Source: the human T2T-CHM13v2.0 reference genome, Homo sapiens
NCBI RefSeq assembly: GCF_009914755.1
Contig: NC_060932.1
Strand: one strand, 5' to 3'
Length of the DNA stretch: 64,000 bases
Of the stretch, positions 1 to 13,080 are shown piece by piece. Below the pieces are notes generated by a model. It saw nothing but the letters and a program-made list of their open reading frames with translations. It did not search any database and had not been told where the DNA came from. The position numbers were made by a program, and so were the translations under genes. Each line of letters starts with the position of its first letter. Positions within the stretch are counted from its first letter, which is position 1.

Positions 1-24
1 CCTTTGAAATATTTTGTACAGCTT

Positions 25-265
25 GCTTCTAATCTCTGCCACTTTGTAGCTTTGCTATCTTGGGTGAGTTACTTAACCCCTCCATACCTAGTCTTCCTCA
101 TATGTAGAATGAGATAAAAAATATGTTTTTTTTTCTTTCTTGGAAATCTCTCCTTATCTTCTAGGCAGGGGTTGTTGTGAACATAAGTTAATACATGTAA
201 GACACAGCAGTATCTGGCATTTATTGAGTGCTGAATAAATGTTAGACATGATTGTTACTATTATT
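25..265 (+). mobile_element. MIR SINE (degenerate, short interruption at ~120-165)
   Basis: Matches the MIR core (ctctgccactt...ttgggtgagttacttaac...cctcatatgtagaatgagataa) and 3' end (gggttgttgtga...aataaatgttag). Confidence 0.75.
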
Positions 266-484
266 ACGTCCAACGTCATTACCTCAGTATGCAATTATTA
301 TGATGTTCTCCTAGCTACTCTCCTTACCCATCACCTATTTTTCTTGAATGAACCTTCTAATCATCCTTCTAAAACCACTTGAATCATATTTTTCTGCTGA
401 AGAATTTATAAGGACTTCATGCTACTTATTTAATTGAGCCTCAATTTTCTGCTTCGTTTTTTCCTACATCATGGCCTTTCCTTT

Positions 485-1260
485 CCTTTCATTCATTCAT
501 GCAACAAACATGTGACAAGCTTTGTGCTAAGCAACAGGGACATGATGATAGATAAGACATTGTTCCTGCCCTGAGGGAAATTATAATCCTTTTGTCAGAC
601 AGCTACAGCATAATGCTGAGAACACAAGGCTCCATGGGAAGCCATAGGAGGAACACCTAGCCCAACCTGAACTCAAGACATAGAAAGGAATTGGCCAAAC
701 AAAGACAACAGGTGGGTGAGGTGGCAGATGGGAGGTTGAGGAATGATTCAGAGAAGAGCATGCCAGGTAGGAGTAACAGCTTATACACTGAGAAATACAA
801 ACACCTAGGTAGTTTATATAAAGGCGTAGCGTTTTGTGGGAAACATGCTGCACTCAGAGAATGTCAAATAAGTCCGTGGCTGGGGAGGAGAATGCAGAGT
901 GGAGAAGGGCAAGAGATGAAGCTGAAGAGGTGAGTGAAAACTACACTATCATAAGCCTCATGTTGAGCTTTCTCCAGAGGCAAGAGGAGAGTCATGGAGC
1001 AGTTTTAAGCAGAGGAGTTAGTTTCATGGTCAATTTGATATTAGGAGGGTCATTCTGTAGAGGATGAGCCAGCCAAGAATGGAGTCAGGAAGAGCCATTA
1101 GGAAGTTGTTACAGGAAAAGAGCTGAGCCCTAATGAGGTCTTGAGTTAAGGTGAAGGCTATGGGGTTGAGGAGAAATGGATAGATTTGAGATTTGACCTA
1201 ATGAGAGTGGTAGCTCTGAGTAGATTAGTGGGAGATGTGGAAAGACTATTGAAAGCAGCA
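485..1260 (-). mobile_element. L2 LINE 3' region
   Basis: Begins with ttcattcattcatgcaacaaaca (reverse complement of the L2 GAAT tail), followed by typical purine-rich antisense L2 sequence. Confidence 0.65.
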
Positions 1261-3059
1261 AGAGTAGGCTTGGTCAGTCTCACTTTGGAGGGAGCCCACG
1301 CCTCTTCAATATTCCTTTCTCTGTGACGCTCACCTGTTAAGCCTATGGCCCAGTCAAAGTCTTCCCATCCTTGAAGTCTCTCCACCTTCACAAAATGTGC
1401 CAAGACCTATATGAAGTCATTCCTCACTGAATTCTGCTTTCTTTCACTTCCATCACCCAAATCCCATAATTTAGCTCTGAATTATATCTTATCCATTGGG
1501 TGTCTGATAGATTTGTGTTTAAATTGTCTTGCTGGTTATATTATAAGCTCCTTAAGGGTAGGAGCTACATCTTAATCTTCTTACAATTGTCAAGGCCAAC
1601 ACATCATTGGACGTGCCAGGCAAGCTGTTCTCAACCCCTCTTCCTCTTCTGTGACACTCATGAAAGGTGATGTTCACATATCCTTCGAGCAAAATCTGGG
1701 TGCCACTGTAACTCCCCCCATTGTATCCCACTCAAGAAAGCAAATCAGAATGATTGCATGCATTTTAGGGATAATTTAAAATGTGATCCAATTTACAAAG
1801 AGGAAAGTAAAATCATGCACTAACTTCAGTAGATTAGTAATGGTACTATTGATGGTAACAAATTACCTCTTAGCGGGTGTGCAATGATGCCAGTGTTGAA
1901 AGCCACAGACAGATAGTAAGTTACCCAAGGGCAGGGATCACGTCTTCCTCGTGGTTACTTGGTCAGCACAGCACACACCTGCCAGAGGGGTAACCAAAAG
2001 GTCAGAGCTCAGCAATAACAATGTGAAGAAATATGGCATAAGTGCTACTCTGTTGTATTCAAGGTCTCATGAAAAAAAAAATGTTTTTTTTTAACTTTTA
2101 AACATTTCTAGAAAATGTGACATTTCTGGGAATCTGATGTTGTAGCTAGCAGAATTTATTTCTTATGAATTTATTTCAAATAGGGGAAAAATTCCTCACC
2201 ATGAGTAAGACAATGGTGAGGACTGTGTGATGATTGCCATGTCTATGAGGGGTAAACATAAGTTTTCTCTTATGTTTTAGAGAGAGGGAGAAAAACCAGC
2301 TTTTTCTGGTGTAAAAGAAAAATAGTCTGAAATGGAGAGCATAGGAAAAGAGACTCACAGTCCTTTCTGAGCTTATCAAGACTTAGATTTCAGTGATGAT
2401 TTTTTTACACAGTTGGTATATGTTCAGCAGTTTTATAGGAAGAAATGCTCTTGGGCTATTTTGCAGGTCCTTGTATATGTGAGTGCAGCTTGTAACCTAT
2501 ATGTGACACCAACAGATTGAGTAAAGAGGCAATCTGAAAGGATGCCTAAGAGGAAAATGTCTAACACCAGCTCTGTGGTGAGAGAGTGGGCAGACTGTTT
2601 TAGAAGTCCTGATTAGGAGACCCATAAAACAAAGAGAGTGTAGGTTGTTGGCTTCCTGGCATGCAGGTCACACAAATCAGACCCTCCCAGGAAATGTTAT
2701 AAGCTCCTGTCTGATCACCTCTAAGAATGGGGAGCTCAGTTTCTGAGAAGTCAATAGCAGGTAGTTAAAGTCGTGGAGCTTAACCACCCACAGTGGTTTT
2801 CTGGTCTAAAATATCTTAGGAGGACCAAGGATATTTTAAGATGCTGCTATTTTAATGGCAAATTATACTTTAATACATATAACAGAAAAAAATGATATGA
2901 TACATTGAAAGAGGATAAGACCTGATGCCTCTTACCTTGAAGAATGTTGGGGAGGTGGGGTCTGCTTAGTGGTAATTGGCAGGAGTTGAAGTTAGGTGTG
3001 ATAAATGTTCTCAAAGTATCTAGGTGTTTGTCTTTTTCAATGCCCTATTTGGTAATACA

Positions 3060-3230
3060 CACAATTTTCACATACATTCTTCCATTTATCTAATTCACAA
3101 TCATCTGTAGAGATATTGCTGTTATTTACATCTTTTACACAGCAGAAAATTGAAGCCCAGAGAGTGAAGTGATTTGCCTAGAGTCTCTTGGGGGATGAGA
3201 TTGAATTGAAGAAGAGCTCTCTGGACTTCG
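3060..3230 (-). mobile_element. MIR SINE fragment
   Basis: cttttacacagcagaaaattgaagcccagagagtgaagtgatttgcc matches the antisense MIR core. Confidence 0.65.
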
Positions 3231-4109
3231 GACATTCCAGGGAACAAGGGGTGGATCTCTGTCATGTTCAATATACAGTTGGTATTTAGTAAATATTAGG
3301 CAAGCTAAGATGAGGGCATTCCATCTAGACTGTTATCACTGTACAGCATTGCTTCTTAATTTTTTTCTGCTGTGTATCAGTACTTGGGAATGATAGTGAG
3401 GAACCTAGGAATTGAAGATAGGAGAAATGATGGTTTTTGTCAGCCATGTGTTGGTGTGAGCCATGTGTTGGCATGAGCAGGAAACAGTTTGTGATTATGC
3501 GGCAGAACAGAAGAGTTGGAAATTTCCCAAACTCTAACCAAGGCAATCTAGAAATAATCTCCAAGAGGCCAGGCAAAAATGTGAGTTTAATTTAGTAAGA
3601 AAAATGCAATCGATTTTATTATACCTGATTCGGAGAAAGACTGTGGGAATGCATCAGTTTTCAGGGCATCTTAAACTGAGTGGATAGAACCATTTCATTA
3701 TAATTGGTTTCATTTGCAACCTTATGTATTATTTTACGCATTTAAAAGTATTATTCTAAGCAGGGATTTATGGGCTTTGTCAGACTGCCAAAGAGGTAGG
3801 TGGCCAACAAAGGTAATAATTCCGGGCTCTATAACATAAAAAGAGACCCAAAAGGCCAAAACTTGGTGCCCATGCTCATCCAAGCCCTGCTTAGAAGAAA
3901 GGGTGCCCCATGGTGCCAGTGTGAGCCCAGTGTATGCCTGGTAAAGACCTGCCCATTGTGGATATGGCTGCGATGAGACGACAGATGTCATAAAACATAA
4001 AAGTATAATGTACCATGGTTCCTTCAATCTGTTCAAACTAAGGAACTGTCTGGAATATGGCTTTCTATGTACCTATCATTTGGAGACCGTGCTCAGGCAG
4101 ATGTAAATG

Positions 4110-4127
4110 TCCACCACCTGGTGGTTA
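4110..4127 (-). promoter_or_regulatory. CTCF-like motif
   Basis: Minus strand reads TAACCACCAGGTGGTGGA, close to the CCASYAGRKGGC core. Motif match only. Confidence 0.3.
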
Positions 4128-6479
4128 CATTGCTAATGTGAATTAATAAGCTGACATCCTAGTTTCTATACATCCATCTATGCGAGTCTGCAAAACCGAG
4201 GATGAGATCCTCGTTGTGCTGATCCTTGTGCTGTTGTGGAATTAATCAGAATTTACTGCCATTTTGGAAGTGGCCAGTCAACTAGCCAGCCTTCTGAGAA
4301 AGAACTGCCTCCACTGCAAGCCACAGTGCTATTCCTATGAAGAAATTGGTGGAAGTTATCTTTTGCTGCTCTTAATAATAAGATATATGTTAACATTTAT
4401 AATGGAGATTACTCTTTGTCCTTTCATTGGTTTCCAGGTGGGGGGTTCTACACAGCCATAAACCCAAGGCACCACTGTTTCATGGCTACATCTACCTAAA
4501 TGTTGGACCAGGTGCCTTGACAACCTAGACATAAGAAGCAGTGACCAGCATCACACCATCCAATAGGTATGCAAGGTCAGGCATAAACAATAGGACGCAT
4601 TTCTGGCACTAAGGGAGCCCACAATGTAGTTGTGTTGCTACAAATATTGTAGTGTTATGCTCAGTAGGAATTAAAATCTGTAATAGTTAATGTTTCTTTC
4701 AAATTACTTGCAACAATTTCCCCAAATTGTGACCAATTTTGTCCTGGTAGAGTTTCTGGCACATGGGAGGCACTTGGCTGGTTTGGCAAAACTGTAGCAC
4801 GGTGCTTGCTGCTTTATTTCTCCAAGCCCTGTACTTACCCACTGTCCTATGTGTGCCAAAAGAATGTTCCTGATGGGAATGACTTTCATGTGTACAAATG
4901 TGCTTTCAACACAAAGTCTTCTGTGTTCATTTTATTTTTTCTCAGTTGCAAGGCATGGAGATGTGCACATGCTACCTCAGTGAGAGGAGTTTTTATCAGG
5001 ATACATAGGGAAACACAATTTCACAGAGAGGCAACTAAGGAGGTGAAATGTTGTTCATGGCTGTTCAGGGTGCTGCAGTAGCTGCATCAGAATGGGGCAT
5101 CCACAGCTCCCTGCTCTCTTTTCTGCTTACAGAATTATTTGGAGCTTCAGATTCTATGGCAGTGCTTCATGCCAAGCTACAGCTTCTCCGCCACTTCCCA
5201 CTGCCTTCTTCACGACTATTCTTTACATCACGGCTTGTGCCTACTCCTGGGTGCTTCTGCCACCCAGCTTCTGCCTCCATTGAGGTTTCTCTAGAGAGAA
5301 TATTTAATTGCATGGGGTTGACACTCTCAGTGCAGAGTGCCTCTGAGAGATTCTCAGGCTAAACCACCTTATAGGCTGCTGACCACAAAAAAGTCACTGA
5401 CTCAGACTCCAGGCCCTGATCCCATTTACTTGGGATCAAGATAATGGGGTCATATTACACAAAATATGAAACTTGTGGGCAAGAAAATACCGCTGGCTGC
5501 TTGAAGGCTGGTGGCGGTGGGTGAGGGAGGCACGTGTCACTTGGAGCCTGATCATTGCAGTCAACAAACTTCAGTGTTGCCCCAAGACCAAAACTTGACC
5601 ACATCTGATTCCATTCCAGAAGGCAATATACAGCCGAGGACATGCACATTTAGGCATTATTATTGAGAAACTGTGTCCTTAATTATAGTCTGCATGCTGA
5701 TAATATATTGCACCATATGTTCCAAAGCCAGAACTAAAGCTGTCGGTTTCCACTTTCATTCAGATGTGGTTCACACTTAATGTTTCCCATGGGACCTGCT
5801 GCCTGGTGTGTAGGTGGTGATGGCTCCCTCAAAACCTTTGGATTGTATAAAGGGTTTCATTTGCCTCTGTAATTACCTATTTTGGGCCTATAGAGGAACT
5901 GAAAAACAGGAAAAAAAAACCAGTTCAACTGTGAAGTCCATGTGTGATGGTTTTCTTGTAAGAGTTTCAGTGAAGGTAATAATAATGACAATAAAAATAA
6001 TATTTTAGGCTTTTAGAATATGCGGAATCCTGTTGTAGAAGTGTTGGTTTCCTGTTTACAGCTTTTCTATTACCTTTCAGGGAAGTCTCTTTGGGTTCGA
6101 ATCCTGCAGGAATTGTTTGCTGCACTGAGGAGTGACCAGCCTCCTCCCAGTCTTTGCATTCAAGACTCACCTTTGTCAGCACACTGTACAAAATCTCATG
6201 ACATTGTGGCCTGGAAAGTAGAGATAAGGTACAATTCTCATCCTCACTAGATAGAGTGAGACTGTTGCTCAGGGCCTAAGTGAGGATCAGCATTTCATAT
6301 AGGGTTGGTGACAGGATGGAACTGTCCGTGCTTCAGGTTCCTCTAACCTTATCCAGTTTGTGTCAAACCAACTCAGAGCTCTGATGAACATAAGGCTGCT
6401 AATAGATACCTTAATTAATTCGTTTGGATGAAATTGAGGGTGTTACTGCACACAATCTTTCAAAAGTGATCTCCAGAAA

Positions 6480-6615
6480 ACATCTGTGTTTGGGGTTGTA
6501 ACCAACTTTTAGAGATCAAAGCAGGATGTTATATATTATGACTGGTGGGAAAAGGGGTGATGTGGCTTAGTTTTAGTTCTTGACATCTCCAAGCCTTATG
6601 AAAATGTACGTTATT
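6480..6615 (+). mobile_element. Probable CR1/L3 LINE reverse-transcriptase fossil
   Basis: 6579-6608 translates LDISKPYENV, resembling the CR1-clade LDFSKAFDKV. Upstream tgtaaccaacttttagag resembles a frameshifted C-TNLLE. Confidence 0.4.
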
Positions 6616-6619
6616 GGTG

Positions 6620-7180
6620 AGCATGATTATTACTCTCTGTTCTCCCAAGGGCTTGGTCATGCCTGATTCCAGAAAAGCCTCCCTCTTCAACATTTTTTTT
6701 TTTTTTGAGACAAGTTCTCACTCTATCACCCAGGCTGGAGTGCAGTGGTACGATCACGGCTCACTGCAGCCTCGCTCTCCCTAAGCTCAGGTGATCCTCC
6801 CACTTCAGCTTTCTGAGTAGCTGGGACTACAGGCACATGCCAACACACTCAGCTAATTTTTAACTTTTTTGTAGAGGTGGAGTCTCACCATGTTGCCCAG
6901 CCTGGTCTCTAACTCCTGAGCTCAAGTGATCTGACCACCTCAGCCTCCGAAATTGCTGGGATTATAGGCGTGAGCTACCATATCTGGCCCATCTTTCTCC
7001 CCTTCTTCCCTCAGGCCTACCAGTGGTAATGGTTTCCAGCCGTAGATAGCCCTTGAGTGTGCTTCAACACCCCTGTTGGTTCCCTTAACCCTATCTACAC
7101 CAATGCAAACAATTCCTTCGCCAAAACGATCTCGTTAAAAACCCTACCTGATGATGCCATCTATTTTATTTCAGGACTTC
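6620..7180 (+). mobile_element. ERVL LTR33-like LTR, split by an Alu
   Basis: cccctgttggttcccttaaccct...tgccatctattttatttcaggac resembles the LTR33 3' end and the element at 30277-30558. Confidence 0.5.
6693..6989 (-). mobile_element. Alu (AluJ-like)
   Basis: Poly-T followed by a full antisense Alu dimer ending tggcc. Confidence 0.95.
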
Positions 7181-7276
7181 AAGGCATCTAGTTGTAGACC
7201 TCTTCATAGACAGATAGTTGGGTTTCCAAGGTGGATAATTTCCTTTCCATTTCTGAGATTTATCAATATGGTAGCT

Positions 7277-7607
7277 TCTATGGACTGAATGTTTGTGTCC
7301 CCCCAAATTTATATGTTGCTAATCCCCAGTGTGATGCTATTAGGAGGTGATAGGGATTAAAGGGATGAATGGGATTAGTGCCCTGATAAAACAGGCCCTA
7401 GAGAGCTTCTTTGCCCCTTCTATCATATGAGGATACAGCAAGAAGGTGCCATATATAAACCAGAAATCAGGTCTTCACCAGACACCGAATGTGGTGGTAC
7501 TTTGATTTTGGGCTTACCAGCCTCAAGAACTCTAACAGAGTAAATGTGTGTTGTCTAAGCTACCAAGTCTGCAGTAATTAGTTATAACATCATAGGAAAC
7601 CAATATA
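7277..7607 (+). mobile_element. MaLR LTR (MLT1A/MLT1A0-like)
   Basis: Start ctatggactgaatgtttgtgtcccccc and internal caccagacaccgaa...ccagcctcaagaact. Confidence 0.8.
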
Positions 7608-7671
7608 GAATTCTTTGATAACTTCTGACAGGGCAATGTTGGGAGGCAGGTAGCATTAAAGGGAGACGATT

Positions 7672-7961
7672 ATTATTTTGGGACAGGGTCTCACTCTGTC
7701 ACCCAGGTTGGAATGAGATGGCACCATTACAGCTCACTGTAACCTCAAATTCCTGGGCTCAAGCACTCTTCTTGCCTCAGCCTCCCAAGTAGCTAAGACT
7801 ACGGGTGAGTGCCACCATGCCTGGCTACATTTTTAATTTTTGGTAGAGATGGGATTTTGCTATGTTGCCCAGGCTGGTCTCAGACTCCTGGCCTTAAGTA
7901 ATCCTTCCACCTTGGCCTCCCAAAATGTTGGGATTATGGGTGTGAGCCACTGTGCCTAGCC
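7672..7961 (-). mobile_element. Alu (AluJ-like)
   Basis: Full, diverged antisense Alu dimer. Confidence 0.93.
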
Positions 7962-7979
7962 TAGAGATGGTATTTTAAC

Positions 7980-8420
7980 TCTCCCTGAACACTGCTGCTG
8001 AATGAATTCCCCCTAAAAATACACCATTGATCATAATCTTAACCCTGTTCAAAATCCTCTGTAGATTTTTTTCTTGATTACTTTAAAAAGGCCTAATTAG
8101 CTTCTTCCAAATTCTCACCACACCTCCCTTTCAGCCCTATCACATGCTATTGTTCCTTTTACACCAAACCAGACACAGCTCTTCCTTATGCCTCCCATGT
8201 ACAAGCTCACCTCTGGACCTTCAGTCACCTCCCTCCTTCAGCATTGTCCCCTCTCTTTCAGTGCTCCAGGCATCTCGTGTCCACTATGGCTTAACCTAAT
8301 GTCACCTCCTCAAGAACCCTTTTTTGATTCCATCGGCAAAAGTTATTTTCTCTCTACTCTGAATGCCCAAAGTGCTTCATGGTTTCTCTCTCCTGACCCC
8401 TATTCTATTACACCTTTCCT
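7980..8420 (+). mobile_element. L2 fragment
   Basis: Pyrimidine-rich L2 3' region (ccctgttcaaaatcctc; aatgtcacctcctcaagaaccct). Confidence 0.5.
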
Positions 8421-8429
8421 TGTTGTTGT

Positions 8430-8600
8430 ATGTCACAGTGAAATGCATACAATCTGGAGCCAGATCTCCTGAATTTGAACTGTTACATGAATATTTGCGG
8501 GCAACCTTGGGAAAGTTACATAATTTGTCTGGCTTTGGTTTCTTCATTTGGAAAAATAAATGGAGACTACAATAGTAACTAACCATTCTGCTGATTTCAT
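8430..8600 (+). mobile_element. MIR SINE
   Basis: tctggagccagat...accttgggaaagttacataat...tttcttcatttg. Confidence 0.7.
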
Positions 8601-8789
8601 GAACTAGATACTAGTTGGATTCATCCTCACACAGCTGTTCTTATCCTTACTACCATTGTCTTATCTTACCTGGCCTTTTACAGAAACATTCCAATGCCTC
8701 TGTCTTCCTTATAGCTACAAGAATGATTGCCTATGATCATCATGCTTAAACCCTGTTCAACTCTGCCTACAAGTCCATGAACAGCTCCC

Positions 8790-9163
8790 TGTATTAGTCC
8801 GTTCTCATGTGCTAATAAGACATATCAGAGACTGGGTAAATTATGAAGGAAAGATGTTTAATTGAATCATAGTTCTGCAGGACTGGGAGGCCTCAGGCAA
8901 TTTACAGTTATGCAGAAGGGGAAGCAAACACATCCTTTTTCACATGGCTGCAGCAAGGAGAAGAATGAGTGTCCAGCGAAGGTGGAAGCCCCTTATAAAA
9001 TCATCAGATCTCATGAGAACTAACTCACTATCACGAGAACAGGATGGGAAAAACCATGCCCGTGATTCAATTATCCCCACCTGGTCCCTCCCATGACAGG
9101 TGGGGATTATGGGAACTACAATTCAAGATGAGATTTGGGTGGGGACACAGCCAAACCATATCA
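8790..9163 (-). mobile_element. THE1 (THE1B/C-like) solo LTR
   Basis: tgtattagtccgttctca...gggtggggacacagccaaaccatatca, with TG/CA ends and a 5-bp TSD CTCCC (8785-8789, 9164-9168). Confidence 0.92.
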
Positions 9164-9360
9164 CTCCCTATTGCTTACAGGTTGAGGTGACATTCAACAT
9201 GCCATTTGTTTTTGGTTTGCTTCATTCAGCTTCACTCTTTTTGCTCCCTGTCTTACTTTATTGTTCAACATGCAAGCAGCCTTCAGTTCCTTCACACACA
9301 TCATACAATTTCTTGTCTCTGTGCCTTTATTCACACTGACCCTTCTGCCTGAGACAGCTA

Positions 9361-10004
9361 TTTCTTTTTTTCTCTTTTTTTTTTTTTTGCTCTTTTGACC
9401 CTATCAAATAACTTTATTCACACAAACATCCCTTAATTTACAAAACCTCAGATATTCATACACATTAGGGGTGATCCACAGTGTTCAAGGAACTTACATA
9501 TAATGTATCATACCAACTCAAGTAAACCAAGTAGAAAAAATATTCATATAAAGTTGTTCACATGTAAGTCCTAGATTACCAGCTTCTGTGCAAGAAAAGA
9601 AAATAAAAAATAGATTTATTAACCAGTATTTAAAACTAACTTTCTGCCTGGCTTAAAACCTCCCTCATGCTCAAGTCTGCCCCAGTGAATGTTTAAGAAA
9701 TCATTGAAATATTCTCCCCTGCTCTAATGAAAAGCCCCTGGGCACAAAAGGTTTCTTTAAATGCCCCTGAATAGGCTCCCTTTCTCCCGTGGTCTCTCCT
9801 GGAAAACAGCCTGGGTGGCCTCCCTCCTGACACTCTCCGCAACTTTAGAAGGCCCTTGGGCAGGCAATGGCAGTGGATACCTTTCTCGGTAATGGCTGTA
9901 GACGCCAACACTGGCCAACTCTATGTCACGCCTACTGGTTGCTCTTTGAGGGCATTTCTCTAGATAAGAGGCCCCCTGCCCTCAAAGCCTAGTAGGGCAG
10001 GATC
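9361..10004 (-). pseudogene. 5'-truncated processed retrocopy of an mRNA 3'UTR
   Basis: Poly-T at 9361-9388 and TTTATT (AATAAA on minus) at 9413-9418. The body is not a recognisable repeat. Degenerate TSD (acagct..atttct) on both sides, interrupting an L2. From memory it resembles the CTBP2 3'UTR, unverified. Confidence 0.7.
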
Positions 10005-10204
10005 AGAACAGCTCCCATTTCTTCTGGCTAACTACTCCTACAGGACTCAGTTCATGCACTATTGTTTATAGGAGGGCTTAGTGGAGTTGTGGGTAAACAG
10101 AAAAACTTAGGGGTATGTTCCAGACGCTGAGAACAGCATGCAAAGCCAAGGCTGTGGGTGAGACCTGGAAAGGGAGACTGCCATCCCATCATTAATGGTC
10201 AGGC

Positions 10205-10767
10205 ACATTCATTTCCTAGAGTATCATAACACAAAATTTAGCAGCTTAAATAACACAAATATATTGTCCTGCAGTTCTGCAGGTCAGAAGTCCAACACGG
10301 GTCTCACAGGGCTAAAATCAAGGTGTGGACAGGCTGTTCTCCTCTTTGGGGCCCTAAGGAAGAATCTGTTTCCTTGCTCATTCAGGTCATTGGAAGTATT
10401 CTGTTCCTCACAGCCATGGAACCCTGGTCCTCATTTGCTTGCTGTCATCAGCTGCGGGCTCCTTACAGGTTCTAGAGGCCACCCACATTCCTTGAGGGTA
10501 ACCACACTCCCACATCTATAAAGCCAGGAAGTGTGGGTCAATTCCCTCTCATGCTTCCAATCTCTTCTTCTTCCATCTCGTCTATCTCCTCTTCCGCTTC
10601 CTTCATCTGATTTTACGAGCTGTGTGATTTCATTAGGTCCACCTGGACAATCCAGAAGAAATGCTCCCCATCTCCAGGTTTTTCACCTTAGTCATTTCTG
10701 CACGTCCCTTTGCCATGTAAGTAACATATTCACAGGTTCTAGGGGTACATTATTCTGCCTACCCCAC
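10205..10767 (-). mobile_element. MaLR LTR (MLT1E-like)
   Basis: cagttctgcaggtcagaagtccaacacgggtctcacagggctaaaatcaagg...tgccatgtaagtaacatattcacaggttctagg...ttctgcctacc. Confidence 0.8.
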
Positions 10768-11487
10768 TAGCATTGAGACAAAGGGATCATTAACGCCCAA
10801 GATTACTTGCTTTGAATTCTCTGTCCACAGCATTAACCTTTGGTCATTTTTCTTTGTATTATTTTGTTATTTAAATGTCTAATTTTAGCTATGTGTTTTG
10901 GATTCACGGAGTATAGAAAGCCACTGAGCCCTGTCTGGTTCATTTAGTGGGTGCTTCCAGAAATGTTAGGTGTGAAAAACCTCTTAGGAGGTTTAGCTGG
11001 AGATCTAGGGCAAGGAGGCATTTATAGGGTGCCAGTTATGGAAAAGCACTTGGAAAGCTGTTTAGAAGGTAACTGGAAGTCAACAGAAGGAGTTCCATTA
11101 TTTAAAATTTAAACAATTAGCTAAAGAGTTAACAGATTAGATACATTTTTGAGAAACCCCACAGCACATGAATAGCCACAGAAGAAAGCAAGAAGAGAGT
11201 TTTTCTTTTACAGCAAATTGAAACTATTAAACAAGAGATGCATTGTGTGTTAGGAAAATATTTATTCTTAAGATTATCCTCCAATACAAATTCATATCCC
11301 TTTCCTATAAAAATTATTAAGGGAAAACCAATTGAGTTGACCATTTGCTACATTTATTAGTGCTCATGAATTATTCATTAGGATATTTATTTACTGAATT
11401 CTTTCCTTCTTTTAGAAAATCATCATGATTCCCTAAATATAGTATTTTTATCTCTATGAGGTTTTGGAAATAATGTACTTTAATTTC

Positions 11488-11503
11488 CTGCCCTCTAGTG
11501 ACA
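11488..11503 (-). promoter_or_regulatory. CTCF motif candidate
   Basis: ctgccctctagtgaca reads TGTCACTAGAGGGCAG on minus, one mismatch to the CCACTAGAGGGCAG core, in non-repeat AT-rich DNA. Confidence 0.4.
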
Positions 11504-12832
11504 AAAATAATGCATTCATGCCTTTATATTGAATAAATTCTGTATGCTTTAGTATTAGCAAATAATTATATTAGAGAATTTGGAGACAAGAAAGATGAGA
11601 AAGTCTGGCTATCATTAATGCTCTAAAGTTTAAACTTTAGTGCAATATATACCATTTTTATTTGGAGAAAGCATTTTATTTGGAGTCTTATGTATGACTT
11701 TAAAATTGTTACTTAATTAAAAGTCAGAGTATTGCTTCTAGCTTTCACTTGGCTATACGTGGCCTATATATTTAAAATTATAAGGTATATACTATAGAAA
11801 ACTTGTAACAACCAGAAAATGGATAATTTTAATATCTTTAATCTTAAGTAAAATATCAGAATTGAAGGAAATTTACTAATTCTAAAAAATGACCCCTAAA
11901 TATTATACTCAGTTGAATCTTTAAATTTAGCTGATAGTTGGTGGGATAACCAGCCTGGGAGTTTAAGCCAGAGATAAAAACAACCAAAGTGGTTGATGGT
12001 TATAATAGGACTAAATAAGGCAGAATTGCTCGATTTGATTAAGTGTGGCATTAAAAGTTTTTGGAATTCTAATTACTGGCTGCTTCACTGCTTTCACTTT
12101 CTGAACATTTTGGCATTCCTAGGGAACATAATCAGGAGTCGGTGGTGCTTGTACCATTAATTTATAGACACCTCATTGAGTGTGTACTCTGTGCTAGATG
12201 CTGTGGTTGGCGCTAAGTGACTGAACTCAAAGGTGAAGGAGCTCATTCCACACACCACAGTGCTCAGGCCTGGCTGGAGCTCTGGCTTCCTGAGTGTTCG
12301 GATGGAAATAACACCAGATGCACTACAGACTAGGTCACTGATTCTCATCCGTAGAGATCCTTTAAAACACATGATCCTGCCTCATGGGACACGTGGGTTA
12401 GGACTGAGGACAGAAACATGTTTGGTTGCAGATGGAGGGCCTACCTAGAAATGCAAGCTCTGGAGCCAGCTGTTTCTGTGGCTACTCCTTATTGACGATC
12501 ACAGTGGTGACACAGTGCCTCCCTTTAACAAGCACAGTCAGAGAGTCCCTTAGAAGTGCGTGAGCTACCCACTGGCATCCCTGTCATGGTCTCTGCATGA
12601 ATGGCGGGGGAGGGGGGTTAGCATTCCATCTGAATGTGACAGGAAGTGAGCTGGGGACTGGCACACTCCATCTCCGGGCTCTCAGTCACTCAGTGTGTGC
12701 TGGAGTTCCATGTCAGCATCTCCACTCCTCACACCTGCTTGGCAAGGGCTGTTATCAACCCCACTTATAGAGGAGAAACTGACAGAGAGAAGACTCTATC
12801 CAAGGTTACCTTCTGAACCCACATCTGGCCAA

Positions 12833-13080
12833 GCATGGTGACTAGAGGTGATGATAATAGATTGTATCTTTAAAAAGATTGTATCTTTGAAAATTGTTAA
12901 GAGAGTAGATTGTAAATGTTCTCACCTCAAAAAATGTTAAGTGTGTGAGGTGATGGATATGTTTGTTAGCTTGATTTAACCATTCCACAATGTATACATG
13001 TATCAAAATATCACACTGTGTACCACAAATGTATACAATTTTTATTTGCCAAAAAGAAGAAAGATCTAAAGAAAAAAAAA
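12833..13080 (+). mobile_element. L1MA-type 3' end
   Basis: aagagagtagattgtaaatgttctcac...gaggtgatggatatgtt...tagcttgatttaaccattccacaatgtatac, followed by an A-rich tail. Confidence 0.85.
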
